Part shown: piece by piece, positions 26,001 through 37,681 of the stretch
Layout of the letters: each line of letters starts with the position of its first letter
Numbering within the stretch: position 1 is the first letter of the stretch
Assembly: GCA_051294905.1 (NCBI GenBank)
Contig: CM119372.1
Coordinates: 682,001 to 746,000, forward strand
Length of the DNA stretch: 64,000 nucleotides
Direction of reading: 5' to 3'
Origin: Botryllus schlosseri
Lineage: Eukaryota
Program-made: the position numbers and the translations under genes
Notes under the pieces: generated by a model
Told to the model about the DNA's origin: nothing
Seen by the model: the letters and a program-made list of their open reading frames with translations, nothing else
The model's database searches: none

Positions 26001-27651
26001 GATTTTATCGATAATGATTGTCCCACCGTAGTATCTTTGTCCTGAGAATGGTAAGCAAGCGTCATTGGCGGTACTCAAGTGGAAGTAGAAGTAGAGAATT
26101 CAAAATATACAATTAATATATTGATATTGAAATGTGCCCAAATATTGTATATCAATAACCGTATCACCATATACCTCACGTGCACGAAATTGCGCATAAT
26201 CAAGTCAAACATATTGCTTAGCCTCAATGTACTATTTTAGATGGTACACAAACTCCTTCTGTCGGGACTAACTTGGTTGGCGGAAATGTTCAGTTGTATA
26301 TTGAAGTTATGTACCTCGTAGAAGCTCTTCAAATTTGAAATCAAGTAAAAAGTAGGAATCTTGGGTCTAGCTTTGCCTAAAATATTGAAAACTGTTTAGT
26401 TGCCATGAGTCATAAACAGAAATCAATGATGCTGGAGAACAAAATATTAATCAATAATTACTTATGGAATTTTAAACAGCGCTGAAGAACATTCCTACCT
26501 GGGTATCCTTCTGAATACTTGTTGTTAAGACATGATCCCATTGCCTCGATGGCTGATTTGGAACAGAAGTTCTAAAATGCACATTGGTACAGCTAAAGAA
26601 CAAAATCTGAAAGTGGCAACTTCAATGACGATAACATGGTTAGATCAGACTTATAAAAAATACCAATTTATTTTGCTGACGATCAACTAACTACTGATAT
26701 TTTTGAGTAGTTCTAGTTCTAGTTGTGGATTTTGAAAAGTGACTATAGTAATTCTAGTTGAGCATTTCAAAATAAATGTAGTTGTCAAAATAACTAGAAA
26801 ACATTTGTCGTCAGTTGGGGTGAATCGTGATACCTATGTGTTTTGTTGCGTGATGTTCTTGCAGCCATTGCTAGCTCAGAGTCATCACCAAGAACAATGG
26901 CGTTGCCAGGGGTTGGTTTTGGCGGTCAAAACACATCCCATTTTGAACTCAAAATCCCGTTCTTTTTAAATGCCCATTTCATCTCCATTATTTCTTGGCT
27001 CATTTGAAATTCAGCAATTCGTATTATCAGCTAGTTGCAAAGTATTTAGTTGTAGTTCTAGTTGCGAGTTTTGAAAAGTGACTAGTTCTAGTTCTACAGT
27101 ATAGTTCCTGTTGTGCATTTTATTAGAAAATCCAGTAGTTTGCACAATTCAGTATCCTGGATCAGATACATGCAGCCAACATGGTCCTAAAATGTCAAAT
27201 TTCATAAAGCATTCTACCTCAGATGCAATGAGTTCCAGACCCCGGACTTGGCGATCTTTCTCTTGCTCAATGAGCGACTTGATCTCCGGGTCATCTTGGG
27301 CAAGAGATTCCGTTCCACTCCACTTCCAATCGGCTACACTTCGGACAGAACATTGATGACTGTTTTTTGGAGAAGTCTGCGAAGACAGGCTTTGTATCGT
27401 AAATCAGGCTTGTGTTAATAGAACCTTGTACAAAACTAGATGTAGAAGATATCACACTGCCGGCGGAAATAGTTCATTTGTACCCAGAGATCTTTAATCC
27501 GCCACACGAATGGAATACATGTCACCTTGACACGACACGATCGATATATGGGGTTCGCCCGTTACCCTAGCTATGTGCCAAGCCTAACTCAGCTCCAACG
27601 TCTTACCTTCGTAACGCGGCACAAAGCTAAGGTGCAATTCCGTAACATCAT
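20021..27651 (-). CDS. SHMT2: Serine hydroxymethyltransferase, mitochondrial type; 13 exons, ~495 aa
   Basis: GT-AG exons 27651-27607, 27376-27218, 26571-26499, 26041-25919, 25859-25775, 25367-25286, 25223-25101, 23112-22952, 22689-22545, 21556-21457, 21387-21232, 21160-21053 and 20148-20021 sum to 1488 nt in frame. Motifs: [27 protein letters not shown] (PLP lysine), LQGGPHNH, C-terminal [13 protein letters not shown]. Basic N-terminal presequence [15 protein letters not shown]. Confidence 0.96.
21752..22070. mobile_element. Palindromic MITE with CATRG termini (P-element-like), nested in a TAGGGCTGGGCA MITE
   Basis: ~90-bp imperfect TIRs and a 7-bp flanking repeat gtttgaa/gtttgag. The left end also occurs at ~3319. 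Confidence 0.75.
23441..24827. mobile_element. Tc1/mariner-type MITE interrupted by a hAT MITE
   Basis: TA-CCGTAATTTTCC...GGAAAATTATGG-TA termini with repeated cccatgtatartacgc motifs. Confidence 0.75.
23484..24437. mobile_element. GACTCGAGTC-rich hAT-like MITE (reverse orientation)
   Basis: TIR CAGTGTTGGGAT/ATCCCGACACTG and a perfect TSD ataatacg. Confidence 0.92.
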
Positions 27652-27944
27652 GCAAGAATAATTCGACGAAATCCCAGCGCACTGAACTATCCTACGTTGG
27701 CTAACGTTTACATTCGATATCTGCACGAATAACAAACCCTTGACCACTTGACAACGCCTTCTTCACGCCTCATATTGCCTCGAAATTGCGATGTTGCGCA
27801 TTATCTCGTTCAGTGAGCTGAGCAATGAGCATGAGCAATGCTCATTGTTCACGTCCAATGTCCACATTCAAGACGAAATACATGCAGTATTTACTGAATG
27901 AATAGTAGTAAGCCCTCGGAACCACGGGGTACTAGTCCGCCCTC

Positions 27945-29135
27945 AAAATTACCGGACCACGATCTCGCCTTCCGTGACATGCCACCTGATTTTGTCGCTT
28001 GCTTTTATATTATCTTTTTTTTTACTTTTCATCCAGTGTGCTGTGCATGCCCCCTATTTACATCACCTGTCCTAGGCCAAGGTGGGTGTCTGATTCCAAA
28101 TACACCTCCTATTTTATCATTGCATCTCAATGTTGTGGCGTTCTGACTGCTGATCAATAAAATAATTGATTGACAGCGCGTTTCGATGTGTTCTAGGCTC
28201 CTGCATCGCCATTTTACGGCTTCATAAAACAAGAAATAGCAAAAAGACTCGACGAAGACAAGGAAGAGAATGAAAAGAGCTAGGCAAGTGTCGAACTGAC
28301 CTATCGATCTCGCTTCCCATGACATGCCGGCCTATTCTTGTCGCTTTCTTTTTCAATACTGTCTTCTTTACTTTCATTCAGTGTGCATGCCTGTGTGATC
28401 CCCTTTGGTAGGCCAAGGTGGGTGTCTGATTCCATAGACAAATTCAAGTCGCTTCGACATCTTCTTGTCTATTCATTGTATCGCATTTTTGTGGTGTATT
28501 GAACTGATAAAAATTGCTAATAAACCAATGATGAACTGAAAGATCAAACGTTGTTACATCGGGTAATACAGGCCGAGGTGATGTTAAATTGAGAGACCGT
28601 ACTTGGTCGTTTCGACACCTATTCCGCCTCACTACGAAAATAATTGAAGCCGATGATTAGGATGAACTGTCTTCATGGTTTGCCTGCTAATCCCCTCAAG
28701 AGGTTCCGTTTCATTCAGAGGAGTCAAATCTTGGAGTATGACTATAGGTTACTAATCTATAGTAGGATGCTGCACAACGAAATGAACGCCTTCATATCTA
28801 ATATTACGGCAGTTGACACTTAGGACTAGATAATTCTAGTTATCTAATCAGGAGCGAAATGCTGGGAGTCGAATTTGTAAATTGCAATTTCAGGTTTCCC
28901 TGAAAACGTCACACATTCAAAACGAGCCAGGTTTGATGTCCTCCGTACAGAATTTGCGTCATCAAGCTTATGAGACTTGTGCATGTGCACACCTCCTCTT
29001 TAAATCGCCTAGGCCAAGGTGGGTGTCTGATTCTATAGACTACTCAAAGCCACTTCGACACCTTCCTATCTCTTCATTGTATCGCATTTTTGTGGTGCAT
29101 TAAACTGATAAAAATTGCTAATAAACCAATGGTGA
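27945..29135 (+). mobile_element. Cluster of LINE family A 3' UTR fragments
   Basis: Three segments (~27945-28140, 28300-28540, 28980-29135) match the 3' UTR of the LINE at 34832-35546 (cctaggccaaggtgggtgtctga...cattgtatcgca). Confidence 0.75.
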
Positions 29136-29353
29136 TGATATGAACTTAACTTGTTTTTTCGAAACCTGATTCAACTTTCAAGATTTTGCAATTCTAATTA
29201 ATTTTGATATTGTAGATAGATCTAATTTAATTTGAAATGCTGAAAATCTTCTAGTTGTATAATTCTGATTTAAAGGTCGAATTACAACCACAATAACCCT
29301 GACCAGACTTTTGCAGCCCGCAGCCCATATACCAACAAGAACAACTTAGATGA

Positions 29354-30163
29354 TCAGTGATTATATATAGAAAGCACGCCTTCGTAAGTACCAAGAAATA
29401 TGAAACCGCCAAAAGAAATCCACATGGTCCGAGGCACGAGACCGGCAAATAGACCCCTCAAACCTCTGTCGATATAAACGCTTTTCAAAACAGGAAAAAC
29501 CCGACCTAGAGCCGCATCATCACTTCGTTTTGCTAACATGATTGTAGTTTTGGCAACATCTAACGGCGTCGTCACAGCTGCAGAAAATCCACCTGCAAAA
29601 AACCCGCACCAAGCGCCCTCCAAAGGCGTAACCGGGCGATGGTGATACTTGGACAACATTTGTTTTGAGTTTTCCCAAAGCGGAAATTGTATAAACGAAA
29701 ATGGAACTTCTCTTAACACCGTGCTGCGGTATCCACGGAACAGGCCTTGTATATTCTCGTGTTTCACAGTGTCTCTTAATATGGCCCAGCTTGATAAATG
29801 GGCTGTAGTTTGCGAACGTTGTTTGACCACATCTACCGGTACACGAACAAGGCACGCACAGACTTCACCAAAACACGCAGATATCATATAAGATAACGTT
29901 TCGTTGTTGATTGCTAACTTTGAGTTGACTAAAATGTTTTTGGAAGTGTCGTACGCCACAAAAAACATGGCGGCTCCAGGCGCTGAGCCCATCACGACTG
30001 GGCCAATTCCCTTATAGATTCCCCGGAAACCACCGGCTTTCCAGAACCCTGGTTTGCTCTGCAATCTTGTTTTGATCGTGTCCAAGGGAAAAAGTGATAC
30101 ATCAACTGCGAATCCAGCGCAGGCCCCACTTGCGAGGGATAACAGAGAATTTCCGCCTGTCAT
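29354..30163 (-). CDS. SLC25A26: Mitochondrial S-adenosylmethionine carrier, intronless
   Basis: 269-aa ORF with three carrier signatures (PLDTIKTR, PVDVVKQR, PLDVAKT) and SAMC-typical GFWKAGGFRGIY, REVPFSFIQFPLWE and GGFIFLG. Confidence 0.92.
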   Translation of the reverse strand: MTGGNSLLSLASGACAGFAVDVSLFPLDTIKTRLQSKPGFWKAGGFRGIYKGIGPVVMGSAPGAAMFFVAYDTSKNILVNSKLAINNETLSYMISACFGEVCACLVRVPVDVVKQRSQTTAHLSSWAILRDTVKHENIQGLFRGYRSTVLREVPFSFIQFPLWENSKQMLSKYHHRPVTPLEGAWCGFFAGGFSAAVTTPLDVAKTTIMLAKRSDDAALGRVFPVLKSVYIDRGLRGLFAGLVPRTMWISFGGFIFLGTYEGVLSIYNH

Positions 30164-31765
30164 GGCTATAGTATTGTTTCAACAGACTTTACTCGGCATC
30201 CCTTAACAGGCAACCACGAAAACTAGATTACACAATAACTGTTCCATCTCTAAAGTAAATATAACAATTTGAAAAAAATACTCCACAAAATATCGATGTA
30301 AACATGAAACACAAGGAGAGAACCGGCAGTGTTTGAGTTTCAATATTGTTTTCATTACATATAGTGATCAACTTTCAAACCAGTTTTCGTACAACTAAAA
30401 AATTTTCAGCGTTTCTAAATTAGATCAGAATTAGAGCTGCATTTATTTTGCAATTTAAACTAGAATTAGAATTATAACTGCACAGTTCTTTCCAAATAAG
30501 ATCAGAATTATAGTAACTGAATTTACGTAAAATTGGAAATTGAATATGGTCAGTTCATATCAAATTAGAGTCCGTTCTCATAAGAATGGGAAATGTCTGT
30601 ACATCAAGCTTGCCTTGTTTTGCACTACAGCTCTCATGCAGCATTTCGCGGAAAACCAGAAATTAGATTGGAATTAAAATGAAATCATAAAAATATTTCA
30701 CAAATTAGATTAAAATTCAGCAAAGAAATATTTCACAAATCAGATAACCAGTAATTTGCTCCAATTAGTCTAATTAGAATAATCTAGTTGTCCAAGTCAG
30801 GTTCAAACCCAACAATTCTTGTACTGCCAACAAAATTAAAACACATCCACAATTTGCATATAAAACTGACCTTGACCAGAACCGTAATCAACCTCAATCG
30901 CATTCGTGATCCTTGGTGACAATTGGTAATTGTCATAGGCAAAATAGATTAAACCACAGAACTGCAACATTGTGTTGTGCACCATTGACAATGCAGCAGT
31001 TTACAAGAAATGCTAATTAGGATTGTTCCGTTGAATGATAGACATGAAATTTGGCGAAATACATTATAGAAAGAAAACATACCTGTCTTTTGGAAAGAAG
31101 CGTTGGCACACCATTCAGTACAGACAAGCAAAAACGTTTTAAAGAATGAGGCACATTGGTCGTTTTGGGGGCTGGGCAAAATCGTGATTCAACTCTGAAT
31201 TAAGTATTACTCATGACGTTATAACAGTATGTGAGATGTGGAAAGTTCAAGTATGTACCACTTATGCCCCAAAATGAATGTAGTATCAGTTCTAATTCAC
31301 GCTCAAGATAATTTGGTATTTTTTCCACCGTGCCTATTTCGTTGCACGTTGTCACAACACTGTGCGTTGATCCATGACTTTACATACATGTCATTTCCGC
31401 TAACGTGCGCGTCTTTGTACTATACGTTACGTATGCTCCGGTCTATCCAATCGATGTTTCGAGGCTTTCACAGTTGAAAATACAATGGAAGCTATCATTT
31501 TTGTTGGTAAATTAACCCTTAGTGGAGAGGAGCGCATACTTCCAGTACTCTCATGACTCAAATCAGTAGACTTAATACTCGATTAAGATTAAGTACTCGA
31601 ATCATTGCGCCCAGCCCTTCTCGTTATGAAGGAATTGAAAGTAAAGAAACAACAAGTGGCGTCCACATTGAACAATATTGACAAAATATTGACGCACTTG
31701 GATGAGAAACAATGATTGTACAATACACGACAAACGCACATTTTTGTTAAGAGAAAATCCACGTA

Positions 31766-33793
31766 TCAACTACCCTGTGGCGTGTCCACTTGCATTGAAA
31801 TCTCTTCGTTCAACTTGGATGTTTTTTCGTCGGAATTTCTTTCAGAATTCTCTGAAATACTATCACTGCTTTGGGACAGGTCACCATTTTTGTCAGAATC
31901 ACTATTGCTTGCGCTGGCGTCGTTGCCTTCCGTTTTTGCCAGACCTTTGGATTTCTTGGGGCTGGGTTGCTCCTGGAGGGTTTCGTCGGGGCTCGAATTC
32001 TCGATTGTCGCACCTGTCTGAGAATTTGATTTTACACTCGCGACGCTGCTGTCCTGCGACTTTTTTGTACTAACACTAGAAGACGCAGGAGTAATTTGGT
32101 CATCTTTGAGATCGGAATTAGAATCCCGATTCGGTGTCGACTCTTCCTTTTCGGGTATCAACTTTTTCGAGACATTGACAAGTTTTTTTCGCTTCTTTTT
32201 AGTGACAAACGACTGGCCTTTTACTTTTTTTTTCTTCAAAGACACGTTCTGTTCGACCGGTTGCACCAAATTCGGAGGGGGCTGTAAATCGTACCCGACT
32301 AACTCACACCAGCCCACCGGGTATATATCCGGAGATTCACAGTCGACCCACTGGTCGTATTGGTTTTCCCAACCGTCAAAGTGCACATGTAACAGTCGGC
32401 CTACGACTTTCGTCACAGTAGCAACACAAAGCAATCGAGGCTCCATTAAATCGACAGCTTCTAGCTTCATTCCAGATTTGAACCCGTGGTCCGGTATTTT
32501 ATTTTCAAACAAATCAACAGGTGCGGCTTGACTGTTTGTATCTACGAGGTACTGCGCCCATGAGAAGCTGTCTTTGAATCTAGTAGGAACGCTCAAAGAA
32601 ATCTTGTTTTTCGAACAAAACCCAACGGGGAAGATAGATGGTGACGTACAATGGTAACAAAACCAATCCGAGCCATCAGCAGCTTCGCTCCCGTCAATCC
32701 CAATCATAAGATATCCATTTTTCAGCACTTTTTTCACTGTTGCGACGCATATCGATGATAAATTCAAAGGGTCAATAGCTTCTAATTTCATATTCACCCT
32801 GAATCCGCAAGATTTGACGTTCTTAACGGTAGCAAATAATTCAGAACGGGCATTGGTGCAGCCTTTTTTCTGTTTATAATCTTTGCTGGATACGAGTATT
32901 TTATGTCCAACGCGTTCGCACCAACCGATTGGATGTATCAACGCGGACTGCGAATGGCACCAGAAATCATCGTTTTCGTAATCCGAATCTTCGTATTTTA
33001 ACCGTAACCTGCCTCCGACTACTTCATTCACGATTCCTACTCTCATACGTGATATTCTGGTTTTATCTACCACCTCCAACCGCAGACCACAAAGGAAAGG
33101 CGATGTCACACTGTCCGTGATACGCTTTTGGAAATCATTCGGTAGAGTCTTTGCACCAGTCAATTTTTTCACTAGAAAGCTTTTCCAATTGCTGTATTTA
33201 TGTTGTATAGTTTGGGGCGGTACAAGCGGTTTCCCAATAGTCGCACACCAACCAACTGCATTCACATCAAGTGTACATAAATTGCACCAAAAATCACAAG
33301 TACCATCTTCACCGAAGCCTTCATACCTTAATTTCGCTTTATAACCCGCAATTTGTACGACAGACGCTATCCAATACACGTCAGTAGTCAAACTGCAATC
33401 CAGATTAAGCACTTCTAGCTTCATTCCGATTCCGATATCTCCCCAGTAAGGGGACATTGGCGAATGACTGAATAATTCCACTGATGCAGCAGTAGATTTT
33501 TTGCTTGACAAGTACATGCCCCAATTGAACCCCATACTGATACACTGGTGCCTCCTCGACTCGGAGGGTAGTACAAAACGAGGCCCGTTTTTTTTGCTTT
33601 TCAAATCTGAAGATTTGGCTTTCGCATCGTTGCTTGATTTTGTAGAGGTTTTGTTGAAACGATGTTTTGCGGAAAAGCTGTGAGAGCACGCAGCTGTGCA
33701 GAATCTCTTACTATTAGAATAGAAGTCGTCTCTCGGACCGACATGACCACAGACCTCGCATACACCCAACTCACTAGCATTAGAAGAATCCAT
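31766..33793 (-). CDS. MBTD1: MBT domain-containing protein (MBTD1/L3MBTL2 family), intronless
   Basis: 675-aa ORF with an FCS zinc finger (CEVCG...KRFCTAAC), four MBT repeats (GMKLEV, GLRLEVVD, NMKLEAID, GMKLEAVD...HFDGW), a basic NLS and an S-rich tail. No SAM domain. Confidence 0.9.
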   Translation of the reverse strand: MDSSNASELGVCEVCGHVGPRDDFYSNSKRFCTAACSHSFSAKHRFNKTSTKSSNDAKAKSSDLKSKKNGPRFVLPSESRRHQCISMGFNWGMYLSSKKSTAASVELFSHSPMSPYWGDIGIGMKLEVLNLDCSLTTDVYWIASVVQIAGYKAKLRYEGFGEDGTCDFWCNLCTLDVNAVGWCATIGKPLVPPQTIQHKYSNWKSFLVKKLTGAKTLPNDFQKRITDSVTSPFLCGLRLEVVDKTRISRMRVGIVNEVVGGRLRLKYEDSDYENDDFWCHSQSALIHPIGWCERVGHKILVSSKDYKQKKGCTNARSELFATVKNVKSCGFRVNMKLEAIDPLNLSSICVATVKKVLKNGYLMIGIDGSEAADGSDWFCYHCTSPSIFPVGFCSKNKISLSVPTRFKDSFSWAQYLVDTNSQAAPVDLFENKIPDHGFKSGMKLEAVDLMEPRLLCVATVTKVVGRLLHVHFDGWENQYDQWVDCESPDIYPVGWCELVGYDLQPPPNLVQPVEQNVSLKKKKVKGQSFVTKKKRKKLVNVSKKLIPEKEESTPNRDSNSDLKDDQITPASSSVSTKKSQDSSVASVKSNSQTGATIENSSPDETLQEQPSPKKSKGLAKTEGNDASASNSDSDKNGDLSQSSDSISENSERNSDEKTSKLNEEISMQVDTPQGS

Positions 33794-34831
33794 GTCCAGC
33801 TGACATCGACCCCGTTGGTATCAGACACGACACGGGAACAACAGCATTGGCGACAATTTAAGATTGCGCTGCGGAACTGACTACGGGTATTACGTACGGA
33901 CGGCGTTAGCGACGACGACGAAAAAAATGTAAGAAGAGCGGTCGACATGAATAACGGAAAAAGTGGAGATACAAGACGGTGTTTTCCGTAAATGTTGACG
34001 AAAAACACAAATGAGCTAGGCTCAAGACGAATATCGGTGAAACACAACGTAATTTGCAAAATGGTGCGATAATTTAAATTTATCTGATCTGGCTGTAGCT
34101 AGCAAGATTACATAAGGTCAGGAGGTCAGTGTATGAAGCGCTTTTACTTTTTCTGCGTAGTCAGGTTGAATTTGCCTGCTACAACTACTTTCTTAAGTAG
34201 TTATGCTTTTACTTTTTAGGATACTTCTACTGTAGAGTTATCTTAGGTTACCAAGTGTCCTCCTTTGGGAAGATTTGTCCTCCTTTTTCAGTAAATCGAA
34301 AATGTCCTCCTTTTTGGCATTTCGTTTTGGTTCGGAGTGGTCTTCATTCTTCTTTACAGCTTTGACAGCCAGGCCACCGGACAGGCAAAACTACTTTTAC
34401 TATTTTGAAAACTGGGTAAGCCTACAACTTTTGGAAGAAGTTCGTATCGCATTTATAAGTGAAATTATCATCAATTCGAAACACCACAAGATTGCAATAA
34501 TGAAAAGATAGGATTATGTTGAAACGACTCGGGGTATTCCTTTAATCAGACACCCGCCTTGACCTAGAGAGCATGTAAATAAGAGGTATGCAGACAGTAT
34601 TTAAGAAAGGACAGCATAAAAGAAAACTACTAAAATGAATCTGTCGGTAGGCCTGGTCGACATGTGCGTCTTGTTTTGATGATTGATTGATATTGTGGTC
34701 CGATATTGCTGGCTAGTACTAAAGTGGAACCGATTGGAATAGCCCATGCATCTCGGTAAATTAATATTTGTTCAAAATTACACATATTAACTAGAGTATC
34801 GAATGTAAACATGGAATGTAAACATGGAATG

Positions 34832-35546
34832 AATTCATTGTTGGGGTGCTGCCTGCAAGAATACAATTGACCCACTGCAAAAACTTCAACATCGGATCAT
34901 CCGTATCATTGCCAAAGCCCCACGGGGGCCTGGATGTGCAACTGATAAATCGCTTCTCAAAAGATTTGGTGTTCTAAACTTAGAAGATATGAGAAAGCTA
35001 GAAATTGCCAAGTTTATGTATCAGTTCCATTGCGGTCAATGTGCCTCAAATTTCAACGACTACTTCACCTCGGAGACAAAAGCGCACAAGTACAGCACAC
35101 GCGCGTCATCGAAGAACAACTACCATATGATCAGGACTGAATACAAGAAAATGCATTGCTCTATCAAGTATGCCGGACCCAAATTGTGGAACAGCATCTC
35201 GCCGGCTATCCGACAGTCGTCGAGCATGTCCGCATTCAAGTCGAAATACAAGCAATTTCTTCTAAATCAATACTAGCCAGTCTTCAGGATTACCGGACCA
35301 CGACCTAACATCGACCTCGCCCTCCGCCACATGCCACCTCATTTTGTCGCTTGCGTCTTATATTCTCGGCATTACTTTTCATTCAGTGTGCATGCCTCTT
35401 ATTTACTTCGCCTAGGCTAAGGTGGGTGTCTGACCTTAATGGCTACTCCAAGTTGTTTCGACACCTTCCTATCTTTTCATTGTATCGCAGTCTTGTGATG
35501 TTTTTGAAACGATGAAAATATTAATAAACTTGATTGATTGTTTGAT
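34832..35546 (+). mobile_element. 5'-truncated LINE, family A (CR1/L2 group): ORF2 C-terminus and 3' UTR
   Basis: Frame CWGAACKNTIDPLQKLQHRIIRII...KFMYQF...HKYSTR...YAGPKLWNSI (stop 35276), then AATAAA and a (TTGA)n tail. Confidence 0.85.
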
Positions 35547-36210
35547 TGGCAACGACCGATTTTGCAGCTTCGTTCCGCTTCGTTGAGGCCGTTCACAAAA
35601 TGGTTTTGCGGCAGCGACTGTAGGGTTTCTGGCGATCAATAACTTATTTTCCAGAGCGCAGAATTTACTGAATCTGGTCTTGATCGAAAGTTACTGTCCG
35701 ATTCCGAAAATATATATGGGGGGTCAGGCTTCGGACTTTGGTGGTTTAGTGCCAGATTAATGATCATATTTTCATTTATATTTTCGGAATCAGTGAGAAA
35801 GCAGCTTTCGATCGAGACCAGATTTAGTAAATTCTGCGCTCTGGAAGATAACTTTTGGATTGCCAGTACCGAGCGAGATAGTGTAATGGTTATGCGTCCG
35901 GCTTCTCGAGCGGTAGGTCGTGGGTTCGATTGCCGGCCGGGTCATACCAAAGACTCGAAAAATGGTATCCGCAGCTATCCTGCTAGGCGCTCAGCAATCA
36001 CGGATAGCATGGAGGAGAAAAAAAACGGGGGCGCAGACTAGATGACCTCATGGGGCCGTATCGCAACTCCGTCGCCAAAGCATCTCGATGGTGCAGGCGA
36101 GAAAGAATATCATATCTCTCTCTCTCAGTAATCCCACATTCGCCACCGCAAAACCATTCTGTCAACGGCCTCAGCGAAGCGGAACGAAGCTGCAAAATCG
36201 GTTGTTGCCA
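35547..36210. mobile_element. Long-TIR palindromic element split by a SINE
   Basis: tggcaacgaccgattttgcagcttcgttccgcttcg... is mirrored by ...cgaagcggaacgaagctgcaaaatcggttgttgcca. The arms pair over ~160 bp once the SINE is removed. Confidence 0.8.
35868..36126 (+). mobile_element. tRNA-derived SINE, family 2
   Basis: A-box TAGTGTAATGG, B-box GGTTCGATT, central GGGTCATACCAAAGAC...AAAATGGTA...CCTGCTAGGCGCTCAGCA and a (CT)n tail. A nearly identical reverse copy lies at 62358-62621. Confidence 0.9.
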
Positions 36211-36765
36211 TTCCATGTTAACATTCGATAATAATCAGAGAGTCATTATGTTAGCATTTTGCCCGAAGATGCATATCTTGCGACGTAGTCACCTCTGGTT
36301 AACAGCTAAAAGTCTGCGACTCCACCTACCAAATCTACGGTTCAGAAACGACGTAAGTAGGCTACTTTTCGGACCGTTCATTTCTTACTTCCACTTGAGT
36401 AGCAAGCAGATACTTTTAACATCAGAGGGGTGACAATATTGAAAAACAGCGAGATATATAGTCTCGAGTACTGACTTTAACAAGGATATTTTTATATGTA
36501 TTTTGTGCAGTGATGAGCAAATTCCTAGCACTATTTTGTGGAGAGAAAGAGACGAGTGAGAGATGAAATTTTAAATTTCACCTCGCAAGTTTAACGCATA
36601 GTATAGGCCAGTGGTTCTCAACCAGTATGCCGATTGGACTGCTCAGGGTTGCAGCGAGAAAATGTAGTAAATATAAGGTCGATGTGTAACAAATAGTAAG
36701 GAATCCAATTATGAGTGTGGCATGTATTCGGTTGTTCTATTATTTTTATCCGCTCAAGTCAAGAG

Positions 36766-37525
36766 AGAGAGAGAGAGAGAGAGTCTTTATTTTTCATCAA
36801 ACCAAAATACATAACACTCGGCAGTGGTGGTGGTACAGAAAATATGCATGCACAGTATTCGGTATCAGATAGGAATGATCGATAAGACCGTGAGGGTCAT
36901 CTAGTCTGATCACACCAGCATCAAACAGGTACACTTGACTCTAAACAGTCTGGCTGTAAAAAAAGTTACAGTAGTTAAAAAAATAAAATAGAAGAAAAAT
37001 TAAACGATGGTAGCAAATGATCAATGAAGCAATGTCTGGGCGAGGTAGGGCAACAGTGTTAGTGTAACGATAAGAGGTGATCAAGTAGGGCTTTTTTGAA
37101 TCTATCATAAGGCAATTCACGGATATGTGGTGGTAATGCATTCCAAATGATAGGTCCCGAGTAGTCGATAGATCTCTTAGTTAGGTTGCTATTGGGTGGG
37201 GGTAAGTAGATATTTCCCTTTGACGAGGATCTCGTGTAATGGGAATGGACATTTTTAGCAGGTATGAAAAAGTCATCAAACACAGGAGGCAGAGTATTGG
37301 AAAAATATTTGTGAACAACTTTTGATACTTCGAAGCGATATAGCTCATCAACTCGCAAAATTCGGTGCTTACGGTAGTAAGGCGATAAATTGGTACGTAA
37401 AGGTACAGATGAGATCAGCCGTATCGCACGGTTTTGCAGGGTTCGAATTCTGCACAGAAATGTTTTGCATGCACTTCCCCATACTACGATTCCATATTGC
37501 AGGTGAGAGTGGAAAAGAGAAAAAG
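36766..37525 (-). mobile_element. 5'-truncated LINE, family B (CR1/L2 group): ORF2 C-terminus and 3' UTR
   Basis: LFHSHLQYGIVVWGSA...LQNRAIRLI...HSHYTRS...YSGPIIWNALP (stop 37059). The 3' UTR ends AATAAAGA(CT)n. Confidence 0.88.
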
Positions 37526-37681
37526 AGACACATAATTTACATTCAGTGTGCAGTGCATGCCTCATCCTCTTTACATCGCTTAGGCCAAGATGGGTGTGAT
37601 TTCAAAGACTACTCCAAGTCTTTTCGACACCTTCCTATCTTTTCATTGTATCGCAATTTTTGTGGTGTACTGAACTGATAT

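Noticed and set aside
27218..27376. A cytosolic SHMT2-alpha-type internal start in exon 2
   Set aside because: Exon 2 has no in-frame ATG.
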